Source: a virus | Lineage: Duplodnaviria; Heunggongvirae; Uroviricota; Caudoviricetes | Reading direction: 5' to 3' (one strand) | DNA: 49,917 nucleotides | IMG/VR virus record: IMGVR_UViG_2718218131_000006 | The notes under the pieces: model-generated | Told to the model about the DNA's origin: nothing | What the model saw: the letters and a program-made list of their open reading frames with translations, nothing else | Databases searched by the model: none | In this document: positions 20,468 through 29,993 of the stretch, piece by piece | Position numbering within the stretch: the stretch's first letter is position 1 | How the letters are laid out: every line of letters begins with the position of its first letter | Program-made: the position numbers and the translations under genes

Positions 20468-20670
20468 AACCTCACTCCCAGCGGACGACGGCGACGTCGG
20501 GTTGTCCCCAGTACCGACTCCGCATCATTGATCGCCCGGTTAAGCTCATCCAGAGAAGCCGCCGTATATTCAATTCTGCGACCATCTTTCTGGACAGACA
20601 CCACCCGTTTACCGGTTAATAAATCAAGGCGCGCCTGACGTAGCGCCTGTAGTTCAGCGACTGTAACCAT
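20464..20670 (-). CDS. W: Head-tail joining protein W
   Basis: 68 aa, same as lambda W, in the lambda W position between A and B. Confidence 0.85.
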   Translation of the reverse strand: MVTVAELQALRQARLDLLTGKRVVSVQKDGRRIEYTAASLDELNRAINDAESVLGTTRRRRRPLGVRL

Positions 20671-22582
20671 TCACTCCTCCGGACAGCTTCGCTGCCAGTT
20701 CTTTCAGGGTTGGCCGGGTCGTCTCTTCTTCCCGGGATTTTGCCAGTACAGCCAGATCAAGCTGCCAGCGTTGCACGGACACACGTAATGCCGCGTAGGC
20801 ATACACCAGGCAGTCCAGCGCTTCGTTACGCCGCTTTTTGTTATCCCACAGCAGACGCATCTTTCCTTTTTCCCACTTCTCCACAAGCTCTTCCGCGACC
20901 AGTTGCTGCGCCTCTGTCTGCGAAAAAATCTCCGGATCATCAGGAAAACGGATGGCATACGACGTGGCTTCATCCGCAGGAGTGGGATCGGCTTTCATAC
21001 GGGCATAGAGAATTTCTTTTGCGGTGTCCGTCCCCACTTCACACAGATACACGCCCCGCTGATTGCGGGTTTTCGGCATGGTGATCACCGGCTTGCCATA
21101 GACAGATGCGCCTTTTACCGGCAGCACCCGGAAAACACCGTGTTTTTTTGACCTCTGATAGACAATTTCACCATCGATCCCCCCGGTGTCCCAGCAGACA
21201 CGGGAAATGGTCATTTCGGTTCCGTCTGCATGGCAGTATTTTTTGTTGATCGCCGCATCCACACGTAACAGCGTCTCTTCCTCATCGGGACGGCCCATAA
21301 TGATGATTTTATCCACCAGAAAGGCTTCCTCTCCCGGTGCCCATCCCCAGACATACATCTCAAAACGGTTTCGCTGCGAGTCAATGCCCGCCGTCAGATA
21401 AACCACCCGGGCAGGCACCGCCGCCGTGTAACGCACCACCTTATCCATCAGTACCTGGTGATCGAGTTTTTCGCCCACGGCCTCTTCCCAGGTCTCGCCC
21501 AGCGTGGTGTTCACAAAGGTTTTCAGGCCGTTGGGATCTTTCAGTGCATCCAGCCAGTCATAGACTATCTGTATCCAGGTGGTGAACGGACTGTACGCCG
21601 TCCAGATATGGAACGTGATGGAGCGCGGCGGCGGAATTTCATCCCCCCGGGCGCTGAAAAACGTCAGACCGTCACGGGTCCACATACCCGTGTTTTCACA
21701 GATCCAGCGCCCGTTACTCTGGTCAAGCTCAGACTGATGGATCACGCAGCCATGATGTTCACAGAGGTAGAAAACGCTTTCGGGGCTGTCCTTCTCCCAT
21801 TTAAGGCCAAAAGGCGTGGATTCATCGCCAAATTTCAGATACTGCGCCTCCCCACAGTGCGGGCAGGGCACATAGAAACGCATGAAATGCGCCGACTCGT
21901 TGGCCGCTTTTTCGATCTGGCAGGTACCTTTGATTTTAGGCGTCGAGCCGCGAATGGATTTTGGCCATACAGAGCCCTCAATACGCTTATCCCCCAGCAG
22001 GGTTGGCGAGCCCTCTTTTTCGACATCCGGCTCGAACGAGGAAAGCTCGTCATAGCAGACCACGTCCACGGATTTTTCACGGTAGTTTTTGGCGGCTGCA
22101 CCGCCCAGGCACCAGAAACCGACGCCCGATGAAAAGCGTTTCAGCGTGAGAGTATTGTCACGATGTTTACGACCCAGCCATGGGGAAAGGTCTTTCAGGC
22201 ATGGCACGTTCCGAATCGTCGCCTCCACGTGAGACTTCATAAAATCTTCAGCGGCAGAATCCGTGGGCTGAAAAAGCAGACTGTTTCGGGATTTATGCTC
22301 AATAAAATACCCGACCACCCCCAGCAACATCTTTGTATAGCCAACACGGGCAGATTTAATCAGGTTAACCGTGCGAACCTGGTCGTTACCCATACAGTTC
22401 ATAATGGCGATCTGGAATGGCAGCGTTTTCCATTCTCCCTCACCATATGAAGATTCTTTAGGCAGATAATAATTTTGATCAGCCCATTCAACTGCCGTCA
22501 TTGATACAACCCTGACCAGAGGCTGCAGCGCAACCGAAACGGCAGCCATCATATTATTCAGTTGTTGCTCTGATATATTCAT
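20654..22582 (-). CDS. A: Terminase large subunit A
   Basis: Start set at MNISEQQ by alignment to the lambda A N-terminus; conserved AVEWADQNYYLPKES; ATPase and nuclease regions. Confidence 0.9.
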   Translation of the reverse strand: MNISEQQLNNMMAAVSVALQPLVRVVSMTAVEWADQNYYLPKESSYGEGEWKTLPFQIAIMNCMGNDQVRTVNLIKSARVGYTKMLLGVVGYFIEHKSRNSLLFQPTDSAAEDFMKSHVEATIRNVPCLKDLSPWLGRKHRDNTLTLKRFSSGVGFWCLGGAAAKNYREKSVDVVCYDELSSFEPDVEKEGSPTLLGDKRIEGSVWPKSIRGSTPKIKGTCQIEKAANESAHFMRFYVPCPHCGEAQYLKFGDESTPFGLKWEKDSPESVFYLCEHHGCVIHQSELDQSNGRWICENTGMWTRDGLTFFSARGDEIPPPRSITFHIWTAYSPFTTWIQIVYDWLDALKDPNGLKTFVNTTLGETWEEAVGEKLDHQVLMDKVVRYTAAVPARVVYLTAGIDSQRNRFEMYVWGWAPGEEAFLVDKIIIMGRPDEEETLLRVDAAINKKYCHADGTEMTISRVCWDTGGIDGEIVYQRSKKHGVFRVLPVKGASVYGKPVITMPKTRNQRGVYLCEVGTDTAKEILYARMKADPTPADEATSYAIRFPDDPEIFSQTEAQQLVAEELVEKWEKGKMRLLWDNKKRRNEALDCLVYAYAALRVSVQRWQLDLAVLAKSREEETTRPTLKELAAKLSGGVNGYSR

Positions 22583-23063
22583 CGAGTAAATCCGGTAATT
22601 TATCCCCTGCCCGCGCACACTGATTTGCCCCCTTCGCAATAAGGGTTTTCAGATGGTCAAGATGGCGCGGTGTTAAATCAGGAAACTGTCGCTGCATGGA
22701 TAAAGGGATGGAATCAAGCGTACTGGATAACGCCATTGCCAGCTTACTGAGGGCAAAAATACAGAACCCGGTGTCAATCAGTTTTCCTTTTGACACCTCA
22801 TTTTTTAACTGCTGTGTAACAGCCTGTTCTGCTGTCAGTTCCCATCTGGCAATAAGCAATTTCTCCTCATAGTCGTCTTCGCTATCGCCATCAGGCACAT
22901 CGTTTTTACTTCTCCTCAGATACGATATGTAAAAATCGCGCCAGGCATCCAGATCCAGTTGCCCTCGCTTATTCGATATCGGGGCACCCGGCAATTTCTG
23001 CAATCTGCGAAGCTGGCGATCGGTCAGACTTAAATGCCTGGCAACTTCAGTCTGCGTAGCCAC
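22554..23063 (-). CDS. Nu1: Terminase small subunit Nu1
   Basis: N-terminal helix-turn-helix; C-terminal half resembles lambda Nu1; immediately downstream of cos. Confidence 0.85.
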   Translation of the reverse strand: MATQTEVARHLSLTDRQLRRLQKLPGAPISNKRGQLDLDAWRDFYISYLRRSKNDVPDGDSEDDYEEKLLIARWELTAEQAVTQQLKNEVSKGKLIDTGFCIFALSKLAMALSSTLDSIPLSMQRQFPDLTPRHLDHLKTLIAKGANQCARAGDKLPDLLDEYIRATTE

Positions 23064-23104
23064 TCCTCACCTCGCAAAAACTCTCACCTCACAATCACAA
23101 CAAA

Positions 23105-23212
23105 ACCGGTCATGTCCGGTTTACATGTCTGTTTTTTGTTCATGTCCGGTTCACAGAAGACCTGTTTTTATATTTTTCATATAGTTAACTTGAAGAGAAA
23201 CCGGACATGGAT
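23105..23212. promoter_or_regulatory. cosB-like region with three copies of the motif CATGTCCGGTT (two direct, one inverted)
   Basis: Motif at 23111-23121 and 23141-23151 (+) and inverted at 23199-23209, between cosN and the Nu1 start. Confidence 0.55.
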
Positions 23213-23246
23213 CCCGGAAAATTTTCATAAATAGCGAAAACCCGCG

Positions 23247-23258
23247 AGGTCGCCGCCC
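23247..23258 (-). other. cosN cohesive-end site (lambda-type 12-nt overhang GGGCGGCGACCT)
   Basis: Window reads ...ttttcataaatagcgaaaacccgcgaggtcgccgccc, the reverse complement of the lambda genome left end as I recall it. Confidence 0.85.
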
Positions 23259-23386
23259 CGTAACCTGTCGGATCGCCGGAAAGGACCCGCAAAATGATAA
23301 TAATTATCATCTACATGTCACAACGTGCATCTACGCCATCAAACTGAACCGCCCCGGGTTTCCTGGAGAGTGTTTTATCTGTGAAC

Positions 23387-23693
23387 TCAGGCTGCCAGAT
23401 CATCGTTTCCGATGGAAGCATAATAAGCTTTTTCTGCTTCTGCCGGTGGGATATGGCCCAGCCTTTCCAGCAATCGTCGATTGTTATACCAGTCCACCCA
23501 CGTGAGTGTGGCCAGCTCCACTTCTGTCCGGTTTTTCCAGCTCTTACGGTGTATTACCTCCGCTTTGTAAAGGCCATTGATGCTCTCCGCCATCGCGTTG
23601 TCATACGAGTCACCAGTACTTCCTGTTGATGCCAGTAATCCGGCTTCCTTAAGCCGCTGTGTGTAGGCCAGCGATACATACTGAGAACCTTTA
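23387..23693 (-). pseudogene. IS629 transposase orfB, C-terminal fragment (interrupted)
   Basis: GSQYVSLAYTQRLKEAGLLASTGSTGDSYDNAMAE...WYNNRRL is the IS3-family integrase core C-terminus. Confidence 0.8.
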
Positions 23694-23830
23694 TTGCAAA
23701 ATGGCATCTGAATCGATCGCAGTTTGGCATTCGAATCGATCATGATTTGGCATCCATCTCCGATCACAGTTTGGCATCACAATCGATCACGATTTGGCAT
23801 GCTTCCGATCATTGATTGGCATCCTGCCAG
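23694..23830. repeat. Multiple terminal direct repeats of the IS21-family element (left end)
   Basis: Five copies of roughly GATCANNGTTTGGCAT at about 23-bp spacing; related copies at the right end (26250-26342). Confidence 0.75.
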
Positions 23831-23896
23831 TCACTCCGGGAATTAACTCTTTTCACCACAGTCTCCATTGCCGTGTTTAAACCAGTGGAGACGTCA

Positions 23897-25462
23897 ATGT
23901 CCAGAAAGAGAAAATCCAGGAGCACTATGGAAACCTGTTTTAAGATTCTTCAGCTCAAGTTCGACAAGAAGCTGACTAACCGTTGTATCGGACTGACGTT
24001 ACACATCAGCGCCTCAACCGTTTTTGAGGTTCTTGCCCGCTTCAAAGCCTCTTCTCTGTCATGGCCATTACCTGCTGATATATCCCATGACACGCTGGAG
24101 AAACTCATTTTTCCGCCCAAAGACACCTTTGCATCAGAGCTTGTAATGCCTGACATGTTGTACCTCGATACGGAAATGAGAAAACCAGGTGTGACGCGGC
24201 AACTGTTGTGGATGGAATACAAGGCACAGGCGGGTAACAAAGCGATGGGATACTCGCACTTCTGCCGTTGCTACCGGGAGTGGAAAAAAACGCGACGTCT
24301 CTCCATGCGCCAGGAGCATCGTGCCGGCGAAAAGCTTTTTATCGACTTCTGTGGTCCTACGGTTCCTGTTATTAATCCGGACACCGGTGAGATACGCCGC
24401 GTGGCAATCTTCGTGGCCGTAATGGGGGCGTCCAACTATACCTACGTTGAAGCGTGCGAAGGTCAGGACATGATGTCATGGTTAAATGCCCACAGCCGTT
24501 GCCTGACCTTCCTGGGCGGCGTACCGAAGCTGCTCATCCCCGATAACCTCAGAAGCGCAGTGAAAAAGGCCGATCGATATGAGCCTGTCATCAACGACAG
24601 TTATCAGGCACTGGCTGAGCACTATGGCACGGTTATCATCCCGGCCCGACCACGCAAACCTAAAGATAAACCAAAAGCAGAAAACGGCGTCCTCATCGTC
24701 GAACGATGGCTTCTTGCCCGCATCCGTAATGAAACCTTCCACACGCTCAGGGCGCTGAATGCGCGCCTTAGGGAGTTACTGACAGACATGAATAACCGGC
24801 CAATGAAGGGGTACGGCAATCAAACCCGTGCAGAACGCTTCCGCATACTGGATGCGCCAGCACTCTCTCCGCTGCCTCTGGCACCTTATGAATACACGGA
24901 ATACAAAGCTGTGAAGGTTGGCCCTGACTACCACGTTGAATATGCCCGTCACTGGTACTCCGTTCCACACGAACTGGTCGGTCAGCGTCTGTCACTGAAG
25001 GCGGGGCAGTCGGTGGTACAGCTCTGGCACAAGGGGCAGTGTGTGGCGCAACATCCGCGCAGCACACATGAATATAAACACACAACCAATCCGCTTCACA
25101 TGCCAGAGCGCCACCGGCAGCACGGGACATGGACACCGGAACGCCTGATCGAGCAGGGAAAACGTACGGGCCCGTCCACAGGCCGGGTGGTTGAATCCAT
25201 GCTGAAGGCAAAACCCCATCCGGAACTGGCTTATCGTGCAGTTCTGGGGCTGCTGGCACTTCAGAAAAAATACGGCCCGGAACGGCTGGAAAAGGCCTGT
25301 TACGTTGCCCTGCACTATAACGCCCCTGACAGACGCTTTATCGACAATCTGCTGCGTCACCATCGGGAGAACCTGGAGCTTCCATTATCCCGCCAGGGCG
25401 AACAACATCCGGCATATGCTTCAGAGCATGAAAACCTGCGTGGTCCGGGCTACTACCACTGA
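23897..25462 (+). CDS. istA: IS21-family transposase IstA
   Basis: N-terminal helix-turn-helix followed by an integrase-like catalytic core; GGAG ribosome-binding site; followed by the IstB ATPase. Confidence 0.85.
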   Translation: MSRKRKSRSTMETCFKILQLKFDKKLTNRCIGLTLHISASTVFEVLARFKASSLSWPLPADISHDTLEKLIFPPKDTFASELVMPDMLYLDTEMRKPGVTRQLLWMEYKAQAGNKAMGYSHFCRCYREWKKTRRLSMRQEHRAGEKLFIDFCGPTVPVINPDTGEIRRVAIFVAVMGASNYTYVEACEGQDMMSWLNAHSRCLTFLGGVPKLLIPDNLRSAVKKADRYEPVINDSYQALAEHYGTVIIPARPRKPKDKPKAENGVLIVERWLLARIRNETFHTLRALNARLRELLTDMNNRPMKGYGNQTRAERFRILDAPALSPLPLAPYEYTEYKAVKVGPDYHVEYARHWYSVPHELVGQRLSLKAGQSVVQLWHKGQCVAQHPRSTHEYKHTTNPLHMPERHRQHGTWTPERLIEQGKRTGPSTGRVVESMLKAKPHPELAYRAVLGLLALQKKYGPERLEKACYVALHYNAPDRRFIDNLLRHHRENLELPLSRQGEQHPAYASEHENLRGPGYYH

Positions 25463-25478
25463 CAGAAGGAACAACAGT

Positions 25479-26234
25479 ATGAGTGATAACCTGTTAAACA
25501 AACTGACCCAACTGAAACTCCCGGCGATGGCCGGGAGCCTGATACGGCAGCGGGAAACGCCTCAGACCTACGACGAACTGTCGTTCGAGGAAAGGCTGAC
25601 GCTGCTGGTTGATGACGAGCTTCTGAGCAGGGAAAACAGCCGTGTGGCACGGTTGAGAAAAAATGCCGGCCTGAAATACCAGGCAACACCGGAAGGGCTG
25701 CGCTATCCGGCCTCAAGAGGTCTGCGGGCTGAACAGATGAGAGAACTGCTGAACGGCCACTACATAACCCACAGGAAAAACCTGCTGATAACCGGTCCGA
25801 CAGGATGTGGCAAGAGCTGGATAGCCAATGCGCTGGGCGAACAGGCATGTCGACAGAAACACAGCGTCCGGTACTGTAGAACCGGGCGATTACTGGAACA
25901 ACTGGCTCAGGGACGTGTTGATGGCAGCTGGCTGAAATATCTGAAACAGTTGCAAAAAATACAGGTTCTAATCCTGGACGATCTGGGGCTGGAACAGTTA
26001 AGTAACGCCCAGTGTAATGACCTTCTGGAGCTCATAGAGGATCGTTACGGACAAAGCAGCACGATAGTGGTAAGCCAGTTCCCGGTAGATAAATGGCATG
26101 GTCTGATGGAGAACCCAACAACAGCAGATGCCATCCTGGACAGACTGGTACATAACTCACACCGGGTGGTCCTTCAGGGAGAGTCACTGAGGAAAAATCC
26201 CCCGGTAGTGGAAAGCAGCGAAAAAACGCGTTAA
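25479..26234 (+). CDS. istB: IS21-family helper ATPase IstB
   Basis: Walker A motif ITGPTGCGKSW, Walker B LILDDLG; typical IstB length. Confidence 0.88.
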   Translation: MSDNLLNKLTQLKLPAMAGSLIRQRETPQTYDELSFEERLTLLVDDELLSRENSRVARLRKNAGLKYQATPEGLRYPASRGLRAEQMRELLNGHYITHRKNLLITGPTGCGKSWIANALGEQACRQKHSVRYCRTGRLLEQLAQGRVDGSWLKYLKQLQKIQVLILDDLGLEQLSNAQCNDLLELIEDRYGQSSTIVVSQFPVDKWHGLMENPTTADAILDRLVHNSHRVVLQGESLRKNPPVVESSEKTR

Positions 26235-26341
26235 AAAGCGGTAGAAAAAGTTAAGTTCCCGGTTGATCGAATGGATGCGAATCGCTGATCGGACTTCGAT
26301 GCCAATCCGTGATCGAATAGAGCGGAATACGCACCTTTATC

Positions 26342-26923
26342 ACTGTGATGGACTGTGCCGGACGGTCGACGGGCCCATAACGCCTGCTCCAGAGCATCCA
26401 GCACGAATGTCGTTTCCATAGACGATGAGACCCGCCACCCCACGATGTATCCGGCAAACACATCAATGATGAACGCCACATAGACGCCCCCCTGCCATGT
26501 GCTGACGTAAGTAAAATCAGCCACCCACAACTGGTCAGGACGTTCTGCCACAAACTGACGGTTTACGCGGTCGCCTGCGGCAACGGCTTTCCGGCTGACG
26601 GTAGTGCGGACCTTTTTACCCCGGAGAACACCGGCAAGTCCCATAACCGCCATGAGGCGCGCCACTGTACATCTGGCTACCCTGATTCCTTCCCGTAACA
26701 ACTGACGCCAGACTTTACGCACACCGTATACCTGATGATTCCCATCGTATACGCGCAGTATCTCTTTCTTCAGCCAGTCATCGCGCTGCGCACGGGCACT
26801 GCGTTTATCAGGATGATGTCGCTGTTGCTGACAGTGGTAATACGTTGACGGGGCAATATGTAGTTCACTGCATACCGGTCCGACCCCGTACAGCTTACGC
26901 AGCTTATCCAGCAGTGGCATCAC
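26342..26923 (-). pseudogene. IS629 transposase orfB, N-terminal fragment (interrupted)
   Basis: ...DQLWVADFTYVSTWQGGVYVAFIIDVFAGYIVGW...HHSDKG, then runs into IS21 end sequence. Confidence 0.8.
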
Positions 26924-27246
26924 TTTTTCCAGAGGCGGTCGAACTCCGCCTTTGCAAAATAAGCGGAAGCCTGGCGAAGGATATCGTTACTGCGGCGCAG
27001 TTCACGATTTTCACGTTCCAGCTCTTTCAGACGCTGACGTTCAGCGGTGGTGAGCCCGCCATCACCGCCTCCGGTATCCCGCTCATGCTGGCGTACCCAG
27101 ACACGCAGAGTCTCCGGTGTACAGCCAATCTTTGGGGCAATGGAACAAATTGCCGCCCACTGTGAGTCATATTCGCCCTGACTTTCCAGAACCATACGAA
27201 TCGCCCTCTGACGGACTTCGGGGGAAAAACGAGTATTTTTAGTCAT
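26920..27246 (-). CDS. IS629 OrfA (helix-turn-helix, leucine-zipper transposase subunit)
   Basis: [57 protein letters not shown] matches my memory of IS629 OrfA. Confidence 0.85.
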   Translation of the reverse strand: MTKNTRFSPEVRQRAIRMVLESQGEYDSQWAAICSIAPKIGCTPETLRVWVRQHERDTGGGDGGLTTAERQRLKELERENRELRRSNDILRQASAYFAKAEFDRLWKK

Positions 27247-27416
27247 CCTGTTTACCTCTTTCTCAGGGAGTTTAGTCTCCAGGATTCCCGGGGCGGTTCA
27301 AACCACGTCAAATAATTAATTATGACGCAGGTATCGTATTAATTGATCTGCATCAACTTAACGTAAAAACAACTTCAGACAATACAAATCAGCGACACTG
27401 AATACGGGGCAACCTC

Positions 27417-27641
27417 ATGTCAACGAAGAACAGAACCCGCAGAAAAACAACCCGCAACATCCGCTTTCCTAACCAAATGATTGAACAAATTAACATCGCT
27501 CTTGATCAGAAAGGTTCAGGTAATTTTTCAGCGTGGGTTATTGAAGCCTGCAGAAGAAGATTAATTAATGAAAAACATGCTCAATTTGTACCCAACAAAG
27601 ACAAACACGACCAGAGCACCTGTTCAGACAGGTTTACTTAA
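27417..27641 (+). CDS. Small putative ribbon-helix-helix DNA-binding protein
   Basis: 74 aa with basic N-terminus; strand-helix-helix pattern IRFPNQMIEQINIALDQKGSGNFSAWVIEACRRRL; terminator follows. Confidence 0.45.
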   Translation: MSTKNRTRRKTTRNIRFPNQMIEQINIALDQKGSGNFSAWVIEACRRRLINEKHAQFVPNKDKHDQSTCSDRFT

Positions 27642-27659
27642 ACGACTTATATATGACAC

Positions 27660-27686
27660 AAAAAGCGACCACTAAAGTCGCTTTTT
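27660..27686. terminator. Bidirectional terminator between the convergent RHH-like gene and the pch-like gene
   Basis: GCGAC-cactaaa-GTCGC hairpin flanked by an A-run and a T-run. Confidence 0.65.
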
Positions 27687-27722
27687 CTTATGGTAACAGG
27701 CAATAACGCTCTCAGATATTTT

Positions 27723-28037
27723 TTAGCATTTTTTTGACCGCGCGTTTCCGGACGTATTCTGTTCTCCTGTCCCTTTATATCGTCGGAATACCCGCCGCTC
27801 TTCAAATCCCATTCCCAACTCAGAATGTAGTCTGTTGACCGCTTGTTTTATTTCGGTCAGGTTCACCGGTGAAACCGGAGTCCGGCGCGCCTTACGCAAA
27901 CACTCTGCTCGTTTCTGTGCCGCCACTTTTCTTTTCTGGTCATCACTTAGCTGTACCATCACTTTTGCCCATCGTTCAGCTGCTCTCCGGTACAGTCCTT
28001 TTTTCTCCAGACATTCTGCCACGTGATCATGTAGCAT
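27723..28037 (-). CDS. pch: PerC-family transcriptional regulator (Pch-like, the prophage-encoded activator of LEE in EHEC)
   Basis: 104 aa starting MLHDHVAECLEKKGLYRRAAERWAKVMVQ; GLYRRAAERW is the PerC signature as I recall it; long AT-rich upstream region. Confidence 0.6.
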   Translation of the reverse strand: MLHDHVAECLEKKGLYRRAAERWAKVMVQLSDDQKRKVAAQKRAECLRKARRTPVSPVNLTEIKQAVNRLHSELGMGFEERRVFRRYKGTGEQNTSGNARSKKC

Positions 28038-28502
28038 AAGTGACCTCCGATTATCTACAGACTGCCATCCTGAATTTACCTTCCCTTAATGAAATAACAA
28101 TAAAAAACAAACCACGCAAAAACAATAAAATAACACACAAAAAAAACTAAATAATAAACAAAAATAATCACCTTATTTTATTATTTTTTGAGGGGGCAAT
28201 TACTGAACAAAAAACGCTGACTATATACTCAAAACCAAACAACTATTCTGCCAATCAGGTATCATGGCAACACACGGAATTACCGTGTTTTTGCCTTCTC
28301 TGCCCATACAATACGGGCATATACTTCATACTCTATTGTAATATTTCTATCCATGCGCCCCACTCCATTTACCTGTAAATAATATTCAAAATATTTATCA
28401 CAGAAATCGTTTTTGTCCATGAACTGAGCACACTATAAAGTCCGGAACTGACTCTTTGTTAAATTACCTTAACGTTACCAGTAACACCTTCATAACAAAA
28501 CA

Positions 28503-28970
28503 TCACGGTATACACTGGGTACGGATATATTCCTGTGCTCCTTCCAGTTGCTTCTGCATTGCCATCAGCCGTTCTCTGAGGATGAAATAATCCCGTTCAG
28601 CGGCTTCTGCCAGTCGGGGACCGGTTGCATTATCCACGCCGGAGGTGATGGGGGCTTTACGCAAGGAGCCTGGACAGTTGGCGTTGATGCGCAGGCGCTT
28701 ACGACCAGCGGCAACATCAGCACGCAGAGTTTCATTTTCAGCTCTCGCATCGGCTAATTCCCTCGAGTATCTGGCATCAAGTGCAGCGACATCACGCTGG
28801 CGTACCTGCATATCAGTAATTGTCACGTTCGCCAGCTTCAGCTCACTGGCTTTTTTATCGCGTTGCGCTTTGTAGGTAATGGCGTTATCGCGGTAATGAT
28901 TCAGCCCCAGACTAAGCACACCACAGGCTACCAGCAGGACAATAATCACCACACACAGAACACGGTTCAT
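28503..28970 (-). CDS. Rz: Rz inner-membrane spanin
   Basis: N-terminal transmembrane helix then coiled coil; follows the endolysin; contains the embedded Rz1 frame. Confidence 0.85.
   Translation of the reverse strand: MNRVLCVVIIVLLVACGVLSLGLNHYRDNAITYKAQRDKKASELKLANVTITDMQVRQRDVAALDARYSRELADARAENETLRADVAAGRKRLRINANCPGSLRKAPITSGVDNATGPRLAEAAERDYFILRERLMAMQKQLEGAQEYIRTQCIP
28565..28750 (-). CDS. Rz1: Rz1 outer-membrane lipoprotein spanin, embedded in Rz in the +1 frame
   Basis: 61-aa ORF wholly inside Rz; lipobox LVVSAC then proline-rich sequence. Confidence 0.8.
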   Translation of the reverse strand: MRELKMKLCVLMLPLVVSACASTPTVQAPCVKPPSPPAWIMQPVPDWQKPLNGIISSSENG

Positions 28971-29121
28971 ATCCCCCTCACCCCACCAGCCATGACAAAG
29001 TTAAGACGCGCCAGGCAGTGGAAAAGCAAATAGCAACCAGCATTAGTGAAAATGAAATGCCGACGATTACACAGAGGATCTTCGCCAGCGTTATGAGCTT
29101 GTCTGACATGCTTAATCCTCT

Positions 29122-29304
29122 TCACGATTTCAACGCAATGACCAGTTTTGCCAGCCCATACAGCATCGGAGACACAGCAATACCGACCGCCACCCACTTA
29201 ATAGCAAAAGCCAGCGCTCTGCTGACGTCATCAGTTACAGGCGCTTTCAGTTCAAGGCCGTTTTTCATAGTCAATCTCAACAGAATTCGTTTATACTTTC
29301 CCAT
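29122..29304 (-). CDS. Hypothetical small membrane protein between R and Rz
   Basis: 60 aa from MGKYKRILL with AAGGGAGAA ribosome-binding site; C-terminal hydrophobic helix; a hairpin lies upstream at 29337-29372. Confidence 0.35.
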   Translation of the reverse strand: MGKYKRILLRLTMKNGLELKAPVTDDVSRALAFAIKWVAVGIAVSPMLYGLAKLVIALKS

Positions 29305-29459
29305 GTTCTCCCTTGCCTTACTCAAGGTCAGAAACACAAAACCCCGTTTGCGGCCAACAAACGGGGTTTTACTTTTATTCACTTAGTTTTTGCCAGTTCG
29401 CAGGATTTCGTGTTATCCGCCCGCGTTGGCCAACGTCATTTTTCAGCAAAATATTCTGC

Positions 29460-29993
29460 TTATCTGTCAATTCCCCAGCACGCCAGTGCACTTTCCTGGT
29501 CTCGCCGGGATACCTGACCGTAGCAATTATTTGAGCGGATACGGCAGTCTCTGCCACCGTCCTTAATCCACCAGCGAATCGCTTCGCAGGCACCTTTTCG
29601 ATCACCTGCATTAATCCGTCTGTAAAACGTAGACGGGAAACACTTACCGGGGCCAATGTTATAAGGACAAAATGACGCGATACCCGCCTTCTGGGGTTCG
29701 GTCAGCGGTACTTTAATATTGCGCTCCACCCACTCCAGCGCCTTATCACGTTCAATGGCGTTAACCTGGTCGCACTTTTCCTTCGATAACTTCATACCCG
29801 GGACGACAGGCTTACCATCCACTCGGGTGGCACCGCGGCAGATGGTCCAGATCCCCGCACCATCACGGTATGCCGTGGTGTGGTTACCTTCTTTTTCGTC
29901 AAGAAACTGGTCGAGGATTTCAGGCGCAGACGTCCCTGCACCAATCAGCGCCAGAACGGCAGCCGACAGGCCGTATCTGATTTTTGCGTTCAT
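29460..29993 (-). CDS. R: Signal-arrest-release (SAR) endolysin, T4-lysozyme-like
   Basis: N-terminal weakly hydrophobic SAR segment LSAAVLALIGAGTSAPE; lysozyme-like core in the family of phage 21 R. Confidence 0.85.
   Translation of the reverse strand: MNAKIRYGLSAAVLALIGAGTSAPEILDQFLDEKEGNHTTAYRDGAGIWTICRGATRVDGKPVVPGMKLSKEKCDQVNAIERDKALEWVERNIKVPLTEPQKAGIASFCPYNIGPGKCFPSTFYRRINAGDRKGACEAIRWWIKDGGRDCRIRSNNCYGQVSRRDQESALACWGIDR

Larger units (their letters stand above)
23694..26342 (+). mobile_element. IS21-family insertion sequence (istA and istB) inserted into IS629 orfB
   Basis: Element starts TGC and ends ..CA with imperfect terminal inverted repeats; 7-8 bp duplication ACCTTTAT at 23686-23693 and 26342-26349, which restores the IS629 orfB reading HSDKGSQY. 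Confidence 0.75.
23345..27300 (-). mobile_element. IS629 (IS3 family) copy, interrupted by a nested IS21-family element; flanked by 3-bp AAC direct repeats
   Basis: Ends TGAACCGCCCCGGG at 23345 and its inverted counterpart ending at 27300; orfA is intact and orfB is split; AAC at 23342-23344 and 27301-27303. Confidence 0.85.

Noticed and set aside
19481-20638. 385-aa plus-strand ORF
   Set aside because: Antisense to the portal gene B and W; no independent signals
23694-23830. Possible CRISPR array from short direct repeats
   Set aside because: Repeats are about 16 bp at 23-bp spacing with no unique spacers and lie at both ends of an istA/istB element; they are IS21 terminal repeats
29018-29386. 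122-aa plus-strand ORF between Rz and R
   Set aside because: Antisense to the late operon and overlaps the better-supported minus-strand small ORF; kept only as an alternative
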